Made by a program: the position numbers and the translations under genes. The notes under the pieces were generated by a model. The model had not been told where the DNA came from. It made no database searches and worked only from the letters and a program-made list of their open reading frames with translations. A stretch of DNA of 64,000 nucleotides from an uncultured Verrucomicrobiae bacterium (GTDB lineage: Bacteria > Verrucomicrobiota > Verrucomicrobiia > Limisphaerales > Palsa-1400). The stretch's first letter is position 1; each line of letters starts with the position of its first letter. Below are positions 20,200-30,739 of the stretch, piece after piece. The stretch spans positions 1,472,001-1,536,000 of the forward strand of contig CAVXRD010000001.1 in the NCBI GenBank assembly GCA_963764165.1, read 5' to 3'.

Positions 20200-21282
20200 T
20201 CAGGCCGGGACGGGCACTTTTTTTACGATGTCGTCGACAACCTGACGGGCGGACAAGCCGGAGAATTTCGCCTGCGGATCCAGCACCAGCCGGTGGGCGA
20301 TCACAGGCGTGGCCACTTCGTGAATGTGCTCCGGGCTGACAAAATCGCTTCCGTCAAACAGCGCGAGAGCCTGGGCGGTCTTCATCAGGGCGATCGAGGC
20401 CCGCGGGCTGGCGCCAAGCTGAATGCCCGGAGCCGTGCGTGTCGCCGTGACCAGCCGCACGACATAATGCTTCAATTCTTCGCTGACGCGGACGCATTGG
20501 ACGCCTTCGCGCAAACGCAAAATGTCACTGAGATTCACACACGGCGCCAGGTGATCGACCGGATGGCGGTCGTTTTGCGCCGTTAGAACGGCCACCTCGT
20601 CCGCCGGGCTGATGTAGCCAAGATCAAAGTGCATCGCGAAACGGTCCATCTGCGCTTCCGGCAGCGGATACGTGCCGCGAAATTCGATGGGATTCTGGGT
20701 CGCCACCACAAAAAACAACGGCCCGAGCGTGCGGCGCTGCCCTTCAATGCTCACCTGATGCTCCGCCATCGCTTCCAAAAGGGCGGATTGCGTGCGGGGC
20801 GACGCGCGGTTGATTTCGTCGGCCAGCAGAATGTCCGCAAAGACGGGCCCTTCGTGGAAGGAGAACGATTGATCACGCTGGTTGAAAACAGACACGCCCA
20901 GAATATCCGAAGGCAGCAGGTCCGGGGTGAATTGAATGCGCTTGAAATTGGCGTCGACCGACTTGGCGAGCGCTTTGGCAAGAGTGGTCTTTCCTGTGCC
21001 CGGATAATCCTCCAGCAGCACATGTCCGCCGCTGGCCAGGGCCGCCAGCAACCGGCGAATGGCCCGCGCTTGCCCACGCATGACCGATTCGATATTGGCC
21101 GTGATTTTCTGATAGATGGCGCGTGGGGGCAATGGGACAGGCTGCGGCGTGGGATTGGCAATGGACGGGGAGCGGCGAGACAGCCCGCCGGGGCTGGTTT
21201 CATCTAACAAACCGGCTTTTTCCTGAACAGACTTTTCCACAAATTGGGCGGCTGGTTTCACCATGTTCGACGCCACTTTCAC
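20200..21282 (-). CDS. moxR: MoxR-family AAA+ ATPase
   Basis: HVLLEDYPGTGKT, RIQFTPDLLPSD, DEINRA, GTYPLPEAQMDRF. Confidence 0.93.
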   Translation of the reverse strand: MKVASNMVKPAAQFVEKSVQEKAGLLDETSPGGLSRRSPSIANPTPQPVPLPPRAIYQKITANIESVMRGQARAIRRLLAALASGGHVLLEDYPGTGKTTLAKALAKSVDANFKRIQFTPDLLPSDILGVSVFNQRDQSFSFHEGPVFADILLADEINRASPRTQSALLEAMAEHQVSIEGQRRTLGPLFFVVATQNPIEFRGTYPLPEAQMDRFAMHFDLGYISPADEVAVLTAQNDRHPVDHLAPCVNLSDILRLREGVQCVRVSEELKHYVVRLVTATRTAPGIQLGASPRASIALMKTAQALALFDGSDFVSPEHIHEVATPVIAHRLVLDPQAKFSGLSARQVVDDIVKKVPVPA

Positions 21283-21343
21283 TGTGAGTTTCCCTCGAAA
21301 CGGACATCCTTTGCAAGTGTATTATTCGGCATTATTCGCCAGC

Positions 21344-21564
21344 GGGCGCATCTCGGTTTCTGGACAGGTTTCTCTGGTCTTCAGCTCCGTCAGGAGCGAA
21401 ATATTTGTAGATCAACCACATACAATAGAAAACGAGCTCCGTAGGAGCGGCACATTCCAAACGACCGCACAGGATGTATCTCCTCTACGAGGCTTTGAAT
21501 TCAGAGGCAACGACAACAACAACGATGTCGCGCCTCTGGCGCTGCCAAAAAGTGAGATGCGCCC
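21344..21564. mobile_element. MITE, 221 bp, with a 9-bp target duplication and internal REP-like hairpins
   Basis: TIR GGGCGCATCTC / GAGATGCGCCC; direct repeat TTCGCCAGC at 21335-43 and 21565-73; internal AGCTCCGT(C)AGGAGCG twice. Confidence 0.85.
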
Positions 21565-21676
21565 TTCGCCAGCCGGCAGGGCAATGCCTGTCGAGCCCAT
21601 TTTGGATCGATAGGACTGCAAATGAACGTCCTCACGGAGGTTGCGAAATCAAATAGTGATATAATCTCCAAAAAGT

Positions 21677-21753
21677 GGTAACATCGGTTACATCGTTGAT
21701 TATCAGTCACTTAAATGGTAACAAAGGTAACACACCGGTAACAAATGGTAACA
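21677..21753 (+). repeat. Cluster of GGTAACA heptamers
   Basis: GGTAACA at 21677, 21717, 21726, 21737 and 21747; GGTTACA at 21686; another copy at 21818. Confidence 0.75.
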
Positions 21754-21876
21754 TTTTCGGCGTGCGGGCATTCGTCGGCTTTTTCAAAGAGAGGCTGCAT
21801 CAGACTTTCCACACCAAGGTAACAAAGATAACGATGAATTTTGTTTCACTCTTCGCACCCGGACGGGTGAGGGGCC

Positions 21877-21958
21877 GCATCCCGGCAGGGATGCCCGTTG
21901 TGTCCTGTGGTGTCGCCTCGCTCAACCACAGGCTATAAGCTGTGATGCCACCGGCATC
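21877..21958. repeat. REP-like triple-hairpin element
   Basis: GCATCCC-GGCA-GGGATGC, CCTGTGGT..ACCACAGG, GATGCC-ACC-GGCATC. Confidence 0.6.
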
Positions 21959-21991
21959 CACCGCAGACGAATCTCGGCGCTCTAATTAATT

Positions 21992-24161
21992 CTAATGCAA
22001 TATGATCGTTCCGCCGTTAGTCTTTGTGACAAAGAAGCCTGCGGCGCTGGTTTGGTTTTGCAACGCCGCACCGTAACCGGTGATCGTCGCCTTTCCGCGC
22101 CCGTCTCCAAATGTCACTGTGAGCAGCCCCGTTTTGGGAGCAATAGATCCTTTCAGGATGTTGGTTGCCAAATCCGCCCGCAGTTCCTCCAGCGCATTGT
22201 TGTTGCTGACGGTGACGCTGAAGGCAAGGTTCGTGAGCAGCGGCCCGCCTGAAATATCCAAAGCTCCGCCCGTCAAAGTGAGGGCGGCCTGGTGCGAAGG
22301 CGGATTAGTCCAAGCCGAGCCCTCGACGGCGATATAATTGGTAAAGCCGGCCGGGTAGAGTCCTTTCTTGCTGCCGGGACGCACCCACGCCAATTCGCCC
22401 GCTGGCGCGCCGTTGCTGAGGTTGAGCCAGCCCAACAGCAGGCCGGCTTCACCCGTCAGATTGGCGAAAACGGGGACGTCGCCGCTGGCGGACTCCGGCA
22501 CGGATTGCGAGAAGGCGGTGCCATCGGCCAGTTTCCCGCTGATGGCCACATGGCCCGCGTGATTGGTGATGAGCGCGTAGCCAAAGCCGGGAGGGCCGGA
22601 GCCGGGTGGAACCAGAACCGTGAATTCGCCGGAAGACTTGGCCGTGCCGGATCGTTCGGCGTAAATCGCGTTTGTCCACGGCCCGCCATTCGTGCCCGCC
22701 ACAAAGCCAGTAATGACCGGGGGCGACTGGCCCCAATCCAGGTTCATCTCGACCATCAACGGCCCGCCCTTGGACACGGCCCGCGCGATGCGATTGCTCC
22801 AAAAACCGCCCACATCAAAACTGCCGCTCAGCGCGTAGGAAGTCCCACTGACATAGAGCCGCCCGCTCACCGCCCCTTCGCGTCCGACGACGACATTGCC
22901 GAGCAAACCGGATGTGCCGACCGCCACATCGTTGGTGGTAAAGAAAAGCCCGTTGTAAGCGCCCGCCGCATTCAGGAAATTGTTCGAGGCGAAATTAGCC
23001 GTCAAAGCCGCCTCGTTCGTCACGACAAAGGAATAATCCGCTCGCGTGCTTACGACCTGCCCGTTCTCGGTCCAATTGCTGAACAAGTAACCGGCGTGGG
23101 GTTTGGCAGTCACGCTCCGATGCTCAAAATCCGTGAAAATCCCATTACCGGTAACGGTTCCACAGCCTGCAGGATTGACGGTGGTGGTTATCCGAGACTG
23201 ATTTGGCGCGAAATTGGCCGTAACGGTGAGGCTATTGGACGAGTTTACGATCACGTAGTTATTTGTTCCGATTACTTTGCCATCCATCGTCCAGTTTTTA
23301 AAGTGGTAGGAATTGTTTGTCGCGGTTTCGACCAAGGTAGCCAAGACCCTTAGGCCAAATGCTCCGGCGCCGGTTACCTCCCCGGCGTTGGCTGGGTTCA
23401 CCTTTGCCGCTACGCTAGTCGGATGCGGCACCGGATTGCCATATAAAACCGAGACATAAGATACTGAGCTGGTTATACTGCCAAAGGAATTGCTCACGAT
23501 CACATAAGCCGCTCCTTCGGTGGGAAAATAGCAGGTTGTGTATCCTTGAACGGGTTTGCCATTTAGGAACCACTGGTAAGATAGATCGGTGCCCCAGACG
23601 TAAACAGTAAGCGCGGACAATCCTACGTCGTATGCGTAGGAGACCAGCCAATCGGCCGGAGCGGTAATCAACTCTGGCGCCCCCGCCGGGAGTATTTGGC
23701 CACGCACTTCCCCGGCCGGGTAGTCGGAGTTGACGATATTGACATAATACAGCCCGTTCTCCAAATTTGTTATCTCATCGGGCGTCAGCGTGACAACTTC
23801 GTACCAGGTACTCACCTCCAGAATCGCATGGAGGGAATGGAGACGACGCGTCGACCGTCCCAAAATCGAATATTAATGGGCCAGCATTGCCTGGAGTGGC
23901 AGGGCCGTATATTCCAGCAGAGGAATATATCCCCGGATAGTTTATCCAGATGGTTAGGTTACTGCCGCTTAGGCTAAACTCGGCATCGCCAATAGGCCCA
24001 AAAGAATTCGTTGCAATCTCGTTGGAGCCGCTTAATCCGGCGAAAAACTCGGTCGTGGCTTGTCCGTGCATGATCATGCACGACAACATGATAATGAACG
24101 CGACGCCAAATCCCCATGAACCTCCGAATACGGAATTCCGCAAATAATGTATCCTGATCAT
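21992..24161 (-). pseudogene. Frameshifted secreted protein: CHRD-like domain, Ig-like domain, two InlB-B-type repeats and a C-terminal beta region
   Basis: Signal and CHRD N-half (LSGSNE..GPA.PG.AGP.IF) lie in ORF 23775-24161; CHRD C-half (L..GLYYVNI....P.GEVRGQI) lies in ORF 21992-23863 in another frame. Confidence 0.75.
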
Positions 24162-24162
24162 T

Positions 24163-24465
24163 TCATGGTGCCCACACGGCGCGATAATAGCTTTGAATGT
24201 TGTTCGTGTTCGTCACGGATGAAGGGTCTACGTAAATATACGTGACCATGCCAGTATACACATTTACCCAGCTTGTGGGTGACGCAAGATTGGTGGTTGA
24301 TTGCACCAGGTAAGTGGAGTTGGTGATGCCGCTCACCGTAAACATGACTTGATTATTGGATATGGTGGGGGTGAAATACGTTGACTCAATTTGAAGCCCC
24401 GCAGCCGCCTTTACATTCAGGCGAAAAGAACAGATGGCGCAAAAGAGGCTATCGGTTGAGCGCCG
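24163..24465 (-). pseudogene. Stand-alone or remnant verrucomicrobial C-terminal domain ORF
   Basis: FTVSG....YLVQSTTNL....W....D......YYRAVWAP; frame open ~40 codons upstream of ATG 24345 without an ATG. Confidence 0.55.
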
Positions 24466-24610
24466 TCAACGCAAGCTTTATTTGACCGACTGCAGGATGT
24501 GCGAGACAAAATTCGTCATTAAGCCTCCGCCTCTTTTCCTGCTTTCCTGATTTCCAGATTCAATCTTCTTCGTTTGTGTTCAACGCCGTTCGGGACCAGT
24601 ATGGCGATGC

Positions 24611-25666
24611 GTGACCAGCGACGATTCCACACTTAATCCAGAAACAGCCGCGCCCAAACACCAGCGGCGCGCGCGTTATGCCGGCAAATATCCGCGCCGC
24701 TTCGAGGAAAAATACAAGGAGCGCGACCCGGAGCGATACGCGGAGACAGTCGCAAAAGTCCTCGCCTCCGGCAAAACACCGGCGGGAATGCACCGGCCCA
24801 TTATGGTCACGGAGATTTTGGAAGCCCTCGCCCCGAAGGCGGGCGAAATCGCGGCGGATTGCACACTCGGTTTCGGCGGGCACGCGCAGGAGTTGCTGGC
24901 GCGCATTCTGCCGGGCGGGAAGTTAATTGGCCTGGATGCCGATCCCATCGAATTGCCGAAAACGGAAGCCCGGCTGCGCGCGCTTGGGTATGGGCCGGAT
25001 TGTTTGTCGACTTGTCGCAGCAATTTCGCAGGCCTTCCGCGGGCGCTTTTTTCATCGGGCGTTACGGAGGGCGCAGATATCGTTCTGGCGGATTTGGGAG
25101 TTTCGTCGATGCAACTGGATGATCCGAGCCGCGGATTTTCGGTAAAGCACGAAGGCCCGCTCGATATGCGGATGAATCCCCAACGCGGGCAATCAGCGGC
25201 GATGTTTTTAGAACGCGCGAAGGTGGATGCGTTGCAAAATCTGCTGCAGGAAAATGCCGACGAACCCCGCGCGGCATTGCTCGCAACCGCTCTGGCCGGA
25301 AAGAAAATCGCCACTACTTCGGCGCTCAGATTCGCGGTGCGGCAAGCACTCCCACCGATGGCGAGGACGGATGCGGATGACACGGTCCGACGTGTTTTTC
25401 AAGCGCTTCGCATCGCGGTGAACGACGAGTTCTCGGCGTTGGAAACTTTCTTGCGGCACGTGCCCTCGTGTCTGAAACCCGGCGGGCGCGTGGCCATATT
25501 GACATTTCATTCAGGCGAAGATCGGCGCGTGAAAAAGGCATTCGAGGCCGCGCGACGCGACGGATTTTTCCAAGATATTGCGGGGCCGTTTCGCCCGACA
25601 CCAGAGGAGCGCAGGGCTAATCCCAGGTCATCGTCGGCCAAGTTGCGGTGGGCGCGACGGTCTTGA
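24611..25666 (+). CDS. rsmH: 16S rRNA m4C1402 methyltransferase family protein (stand-alone paralog with N-terminal extension)
   Basis: HRPIM, DCTLGFGGH, DLGVSSMQLD, PLDMRM, FQALRIAVN, FHSGEDR. Confidence 0.9.
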   Translation: MTSDDSTLNPETAAPKHQRRARYAGKYPRRFEEKYKERDPERYAETVAKVLASGKTPAGMHRPIMVTEILEALAPKAGEIAADCTLGFGGHAQELLARILPGGKLIGLDADPIELPKTEARLRALGYGPDCLSTCRSNFAGLPRALFSSGVTEGADIVLADLGVSSMQLDDPSRGFSVKHEGPLDMRMNPQRGQSAAMFLERAKVDALQNLLQENADEPRAALLATALAGKKIATTSALRFAVRQALPPMARTDADDTVRRVFQALRIAVNDEFSALETFLRHVPSCLKPGGRVAILTFHSGEDRRVKKAFEAARRDGFFQDIAGPFRPTPEERRANPRSSSAKLRWARRS

Positions 25667-25832
25667 AACCGCGTCCTAGCAATTTCTTTAGCAAACGCAA
25701 CCCAGACAAGGGAATTTTGGTGCTGTTTTAATTTCAGCTCCGCGGGTGTGTGAAACTAACACAAATCGGTGTAAGGGATCTGAGCACCTTCCAGCAAGAA
25801 ACTGCGGACAATATTATGAAGAGGGATTTCTA

Positions 25833-26078
25833 TTACCGGCTTCTGCCTCGCCTATACAGGTGAAGTGGAAACGCTACTGCACCGATTGGCATGCCGATCA
25901 CGCCAGCATCCAGTACCATGTACATGTCGTTGTGCGAGCTTCCCATGCCAAAAAGCAATAAAATGCCCAAACAAACGTAATACCCGCCAATGAAGCCACC
26001 AAACGCCCCTGCTGGTATAGACAGGATAATCCAAAACCCCCGTGAAAATCCGTTTCGACTCACAATTTCTTTCTCCAA
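25833..26078 (-). CDS. Small two-TM membrane protein
   Basis: Two Gly-rich hydrophobic segments and a basic tail. Confidence 0.5.
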   Translation of the reverse strand: MEKEIVSRNGFSRGFWIILSIPAGAFGGFIGGYYVCLGILLLFGMGSSHNDMYMVLDAGVIGMPIGAVAFPLHLYRRGRSR

Positions 26079-26195
26079 TAATCGTCTCCGTTCACAACCT
26101 CACTTTATCCCGTTGACGAAACAGGTCATTTCCTTCCCTGACACACGTTTCACTCTGAGGTTGTATTTTTTCTCTTTCTTCGCCGCTATGGAAAA

Positions 26196-27023
26196 TCACG
26201 CCGACTTCAACTGCGATGGCGCTTGCGCCTGATGCTGGCTCAGTCCAACGCTGCAAGTTTGGCGGCGCTCTTTGATCGCGTCGGAAAGCAATTGGTCGTT
26301 GGCCGGAACTTTGGCGCGGCTCATCGGGGCGTGCCAGAGATGATAGCAAACGGCCCAGCCGCGCACGTCGCGGCGCAGGACGCCGCTGTTCATCAAGCGC
26401 ACGGCCAATTCGGAATCCTCCCGGCCCCAGCCCGTGAATTCTTCGTTGTAGCCGTTGACCTTCACCAGATGTTCGCGCCAGACGCCGAGGTTGCACCCGC
26501 GCACGCCGCGCAAATCGCGGCGCGTTCGGAATAGTGGCAGCGGCCAGCGGTAAAGATTCTTCCAGCCCTTCACATCGCCTTCAATGAGAGCGTCCCAGCG
26601 CTGCTTGAGAAATTCGGCGCCGCCGCGGCCGAAACTTCGCGCCGCGCTGTGGCCGATCAAGGCGCGGTGGCCCTGAGTGAACCTTCGCGGCTTGGCCAGC
26701 GCGCGGTGGTCTGCGACGAACTTTGGATGCGGCAGCGTGTCGCCATCGAGAAACACAATGTAATCCGCCGTGGTCTTTGCTATGGCCATGTTGAGAATGC
26801 GCGATCTTCGAAAATCCTGGTGCGCCTGCCAGACATGTTCGGAGCGAATGTTTTTCCGGCCTGGCCATCCTTTGAAGGCGGCCGCCGTTTGATGATCGGA
26901 GCCGTCGTCGGCCACAATGACCTCGGCGGGCAGGAGCGTTTGCGCGCCGACAGCGGCCAGCACGCGGCGGAGGTAGTCCGGCTGGTCGTAGGTGTTAATA
27001 ATGAGTGCGATAGACGTTTTCAC
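26196..27023 (-). CDS. Glycosyltransferase family 2
   Basis: VADDGS, FLDGD, GCNL, GWGREDSE. Confidence 0.92.
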   Translation of the reverse strand: MKTSIALIINTYDQPDYLRRVLAAVGAQTLLPAEVIVADDGSDHQTAAAFKGWPGRKNIRSEHVWQAHQDFRRSRILNMAIAKTTADYIVFLDGDTLPHPKFVADHRALAKPRRFTQGHRALIGHSAARSFGRGGAEFLKQRWDALIEGDVKGWKNLYRWPLPLFRTRRDLRGVRGCNLGVWREHLVKVNGYNEEFTGWGREDSELAVRLMNSGVLRRDVRGWAVCYHLWHAPMSRAKVPANDQLLSDAIKERRQTCSVGLSQHQAQAPSQLKSA

Positions 27024-27805
27024 TTTTTAACTGAGTTGCCCTCCGCTTCCAGCACCTTGACGTAACGCGTCAATGTCGAGAATGCCGTCAGCGAAGCGAT
27101 GTAAAATCCTGGCCAGCCATCCAGAAATCCGCGCCGCAAAAAATACGCGCGAACGAATCTCCACGCTGGGCGAATGGTCAAATCCGTGATTCCGGCGCTC
27201 ATTCCGTTTTCGCGCCGATGGCGGACGAAATCAGCGCTGTAGGAAGCGATCTTGGAAAGCTGCTGGTCGATGCTGTCGTTGCTGTAATGCAGCAATTCCG
27301 CCGACAGTGTTCCGATTGGGCCGGTGATTTGCAGGCTGGCGTGCGGCTCAACGCCAGACCATTGCGCCGAGTTCTTCCGCCACAGCCGCACAACGTAATC
27401 GGGATACCAATCGCCGTGGCGAATCCAGCGGCCGCAATAAAATGTGCAGCGCGGAAATCGAAGCGCGCATTCGGACGGTTCCTTTCCGCCGGAAAAAAGC
27501 GCCGCGATTTCCTGGCGAAGCTGCGGCGAGACCACTTCATCGGCGTCCAACCCGAGGATCCACGGGCAATTTGCCTTTGCCGCCACGGAATTTTTTTGCC
27601 CCACAAATCCACGCCACGGCTCGCGAAAAACCTTCGCCCCAAAAGACGACGCCACCGCCTCCGTGCCGTCGTTTACTTCCTGATTCAGGACGACGATTAT
27701 TTCGCTCGCCCAGCCGGCCACGCTTTCCAAAGCGCGGCCGATCCTGTGCGCCTCGGCGCCGGAAACCATGCAGATGGAGATGGGAAGTTTGGCGCCTGTG
27801 GTCAC
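27020..27805 (-). CDS. GT2 glycosyltransferase (LgtF/WaaE-like)
   Basis: LDADE, WYPDY, GFLDGWPGF. Confidence 0.9.
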   Translation of the reverse strand: MTTGAKLPISICMVSGAEAHRIGRALESVAGWASEIIVVLNQEVNDGTEAVASSFGAKVFREPWRGFVGQKNSVAAKANCPWILGLDADEVVSPQLRQEIAALFSGGKEPSECALRFPRCTFYCGRWIRHGDWYPDYVVRLWRKNSAQWSGVEPHASLQITGPIGTLSAELLHYSNDSIDQQLSKIASYSADFVRHRRENGMSAGITDLTIRPAWRFVRAYFLRRGFLDGWPGFYIASLTAFSTLTRYVKVLEAEGNSVKK

Positions 27806-28216
27806 TTAAATTGAAACCCCATCCCTGATAGACCCCCCAAATCCAAAAACCCGCGCTTAAAAGCACAAAGCGCGGTGACCGATGCTCGCGTGTATTGCAA
27901 CCAATGACGCCGATCCTTGGAGAGGGTCGCAAAGTTCATTTCACCATATTACAACGTGCGCGACGAAAGTCAGTCACAAATTCACGGCAAACGCCTTACC
28001 CGCACCGCACAACTCAACTTATGGCACACTCTGCCAGGGATGGAATTGGGATTGGGCTGCGACTTGAGGCGACGGGAAAATCTGGTCGCCGCAGAAGCGC
28101 CATAGGCGCTTCGGCTTCGGCGACAAGCCCGTGGGAAGATTTTGTCGCGCACGCCGCGTCCGCCCCCCTCGTAAATTTGGCATTGAAAAGGAAGCGGCGT
28201 GCGCGAAAATAGCCGG

Positions 28217-29485
28217 ATGACGTTGACCGAAACCGAAGCGCCACCCACACCGATGCGTCCGATCCGGGGCGAGGCCGTTTCGCAAAGGCTGATGTCCCTC
28301 GACGCCCTGCGCGGCTTCGACATGTTCTGGATCATTGGCGCGGATGCCCTGGTCGGCGCGCTGCATCGGATGATGACGGCCAGCGGGAAAAGCTCGGCGG
28401 TCCTCGGTTTCATCGCGGATCAACTCGAACATGTCGATTGGGCTGGTTTTCATTTCTACGATCTTATCTTTCCCCTGTTCGTTTTCATGGCGGGCATCTC
28501 CGTGGTGTTTTCTCTGAGCAAAACCATCAGGCAGGAAGGGCGGCCCGCGGCTGTCAAACGCATTTTTACGCGTTTCATCCTGCTGTATCTCGTCGCCCTT
28601 TTTTACTCGGGCGGGTTCTCCGAGCCGTGGCCGCACTTGCGGTTGATGGGTGTGCTGAATCGCATCGCGCTCTGCTATCTTTTCGCGGGGCTGATTTTCT
28701 GCTTTTGCGGTCTCCGCACCATGATCGCCATCGCGGCAAGTTTGCTGGTGGTTTATTGGGCTTTGATGACGTTCGTCCCGATCCGCAATATCCAACTGGC
28801 TCCCGAAGCTCTCGCGGCCAAGGCGCGCGAGCGCGGGGTCAAAGATGACGCAAAGGAGCTTTTCTACGGCACAACGGATCGAGTGACCGGCCATTACGAG
28901 CCCGGATTCAATCTGGCCAACCACATCGATTTCGAATATCTGCCCGGCCGCCTTTGGGACACCTACTACGATCCCGAGGGTATTCTCAGCACGATGCCCG
29001 CCATCGTGACGTGCCTGCTCGGCGTTTTTGCCGGATTGCTGATTTTGAACACGTCATTGAACGATCACCAGAAGGTTGTTTATTTGATAGGGGCCGGAAT
29101 GATTTTGGCAACCGCCGGATGGGTATGGGGGCTGCAATTTCCTGTCGTCAAGAAAATCTGGAGTTCGTCGTTCGTGCTGGTCGCAGGCGGTTACAGCGCG
29201 CTGCTGCTGGCCGTATTTTACTGGGTCATCGACATCGCGCAATGGCGCTGGTGGTGCCAGCCGTTTGTCTGGATGGGAATGAACTCTCTCACGATTTACC
29301 TGACGAAGAATATTCTTGGTGGTTTTGCAAAAATCAGCGGACGTTTTGTGGGCGGCGACATCCACGAATATTTTGAAGGCCACGCCACCGGCAGCGGCGA
29401 TTTGATGATTTCCATCGTGGGATTGCTGCTGGCGTTCTGGTTCGTCCACCTGCTCTACCGCAAGAAAGTTTTCCTGCGCCTGTAG
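28217..29485 (+). CDS. Heparan-alpha-glucosaminide N-acetyltransferase-like (DUF5009) membrane acyltransferase
   Basis: RLMSLDALRGFDM, DLIFPLF, DPEGILST, KKIWSSSF. Confidence 0.88.
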   Translation: MTLTETEAPPTPMRPIRGEAVSQRLMSLDALRGFDMFWIIGADALVGALHRMMTASGKSSAVLGFIADQLEHVDWAGFHFYDLIFPLFVFMAGISVVFSLSKTIRQEGRPAAVKRIFTRFILLYLVALFYSGGFSEPWPHLRLMGVLNRIALCYLFAGLIFCFCGLRTMIAIAASLLVVYWALMTFVPIRNIQLAPEALAAKARERGVKDDAKELFYGTTDRVTGHYEPGFNLANHIDFEYLPGRLWDTYYDPEGILSTMPAIVTCLLGVFAGLLILNTSLNDHQKVVYLIGAGMILATAGWVWGLQFPVVKKIWSSSFVLVAGGYSALLLAVFYWVIDIAQWRWWCQPFVWMGMNSLTIYLTKNILGGFAKISGRFVGGDIHEYFEGHATGSGDLMISIVGLLLAFWFVHLLYRKKVFLRL

Positions 29486-29491
29486 CCGCTT

Positions 29492-29920
29492 TTGAATCTC
29501 ATCGCAAAGCTCAAATCGTGTTTCGCGGCCAAGCAGGAAGCCGTGTCCTTTAGGCACGGGAAGCTCGGAGAATCGGCGGCGAAAAAGCTGCTGCAAAAGC
29601 GGGGTTTAAAATTTCTCACCGCCAATTTTGGAACAGAGCGCGGCGAAATCGACCTGATCTTTCGTGACGGCGACTGCCTTGTGTTCGCCGAAGTGAAGGC
29701 CCGGAAGAAAGGCGGATGGACGCGCCCGTCGGCGGCGGTCAACGCCGGGAAGCGGATGCGGCTGACGCGCTGCGCATTCGACTATCTGCGGCTCCTGAAA
29801 AATCCACCCGTCAAAATCCGCTTCGATATCGTGGAAGTCCTGCTGGAAGACGGGGTGGTGCTTGAGGTGCGGCATTTGCCCAACACCTTCACTTTGTCCG
29901 CGCCGTTTCGCTACGGGTGA
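29492..29920 (+). CDS. yraN: YraN family endonuclease-fold protein
   Basis: G..GE, GEIDLI, LVFAEVKAR, RFDIV. Confidence 0.92.
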   Translation: MNLIAKLKSCFAAKQEAVSFRHGKLGESAAKKLLQKRGLKFLTANFGTERGEIDLIFRDGDCLVFAEVKARKKGGWTRPSAAVNAGKRMRLTRCAFDYLRLLKNPPVKIRFDIVEVLLEDGVVLEVRHLPNTFTLSAPFRYG

Positions 29921-29923
29921 TCC

Positions 29924-30451
29924 TTAAATCATCAAATAATTCGCCGCCATCGCCGAATGCGGGCTGGACGAGCGGGCGGCTTCGATCCATTTCGTCCGCG
30001 TCGGCTCAAGCTGCTGCACGAGAATTCCCGAGAGCCGGCGGAAAAGTTCATAGCCGAAATCGTGGTTCCTGTTGCAAGCCTGCAAAAGGCGGCTGCCGTA
30101 AAAGAAAAGCGTTTCCGTGTGCTCCTCCGCTATGGCGTTGAAGTGCCAGCAGTATGGAGGAAACAGCCAGGACCAGCCCAAGACATCGCCGGGCCCGAGC
30201 CTCTGGACGCGCGCCGCGTCCTTTGCGTGCGGCGTTTCCAGCGCCACCCTCCCGTTGACGAGGAGATGCATGCAATTTGCAGGTTGATCCGCCTCGATCA
30301 GCAGATCGCCCGGCTCAAATGTGGCTCTCATCGAGCAGGCGGCAAAAATGCCGCGGTCGCGTTCGCTCATGCCTTCAAAAAGGGGATGCGCGGGCAATGT
30401 ATCGGCGAGGACGGCCGGTTGTGCGGAGGGCGTGCCAAGAGTTTCAGTCAT
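29924..30451 (-). CDS. Cyclic-nucleotide-binding domain protein
   Basis: HPLFEGM, G.VALE, LGPGDVLGWSWLFPPY.WHF. Confidence 0.85.
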   Translation of the reverse strand: MTETLGTPSAQPAVLADTLPAHPLFEGMSERDRGIFAACSMRATFEPGDLLIEADQPANCMHLLVNGRVALETPHAKDAARVQRLGPGDVLGWSWLFPPYCWHFNAIAEEHTETLFFYGSRLLQACNRNHDFGYELFRRLSGILVQQLEPTRTKWIEAARSSSPHSAMAANYLMI

Positions 30452-30739
30452 CTTTCTAATCCTTACGAAATGCGAATGTAGCGGGAATGATGCCAACTGC
30501 GCCGATGCGAGACGTCATCACCTCATGGCGTCGAACAGGCTGGCGGAGCCATTGAATGCGCATGAGTGCGAAAACGCCGCTTAATCCGCTACGCCGTTGA
30601 TTATCAATGAGATAAACCCACCATCAACCGGCGAAATCCTCCTACGGCAAAAATTGTCCAGTTTTTACCAAGGTTAGGAGAGTCAGACAGCCGATATGCC
30701 AATAGGTTGATGGTGCTTCGACAAACTGTGATCGAGGCG

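Noticed and set aside
21670..21830. CRISPR array
   Set aside because: 7-bp units with 2-30-bp gaps, no spacers of constant length, no cas genes
18985..29376. Long antisense or alternative-frame ORFs (e.g. 18985-19905, 22292-23353, 28019-28924)
   Set aside because: Shadow ORFs of high-GC genes that carry clear family motifs on the other strand
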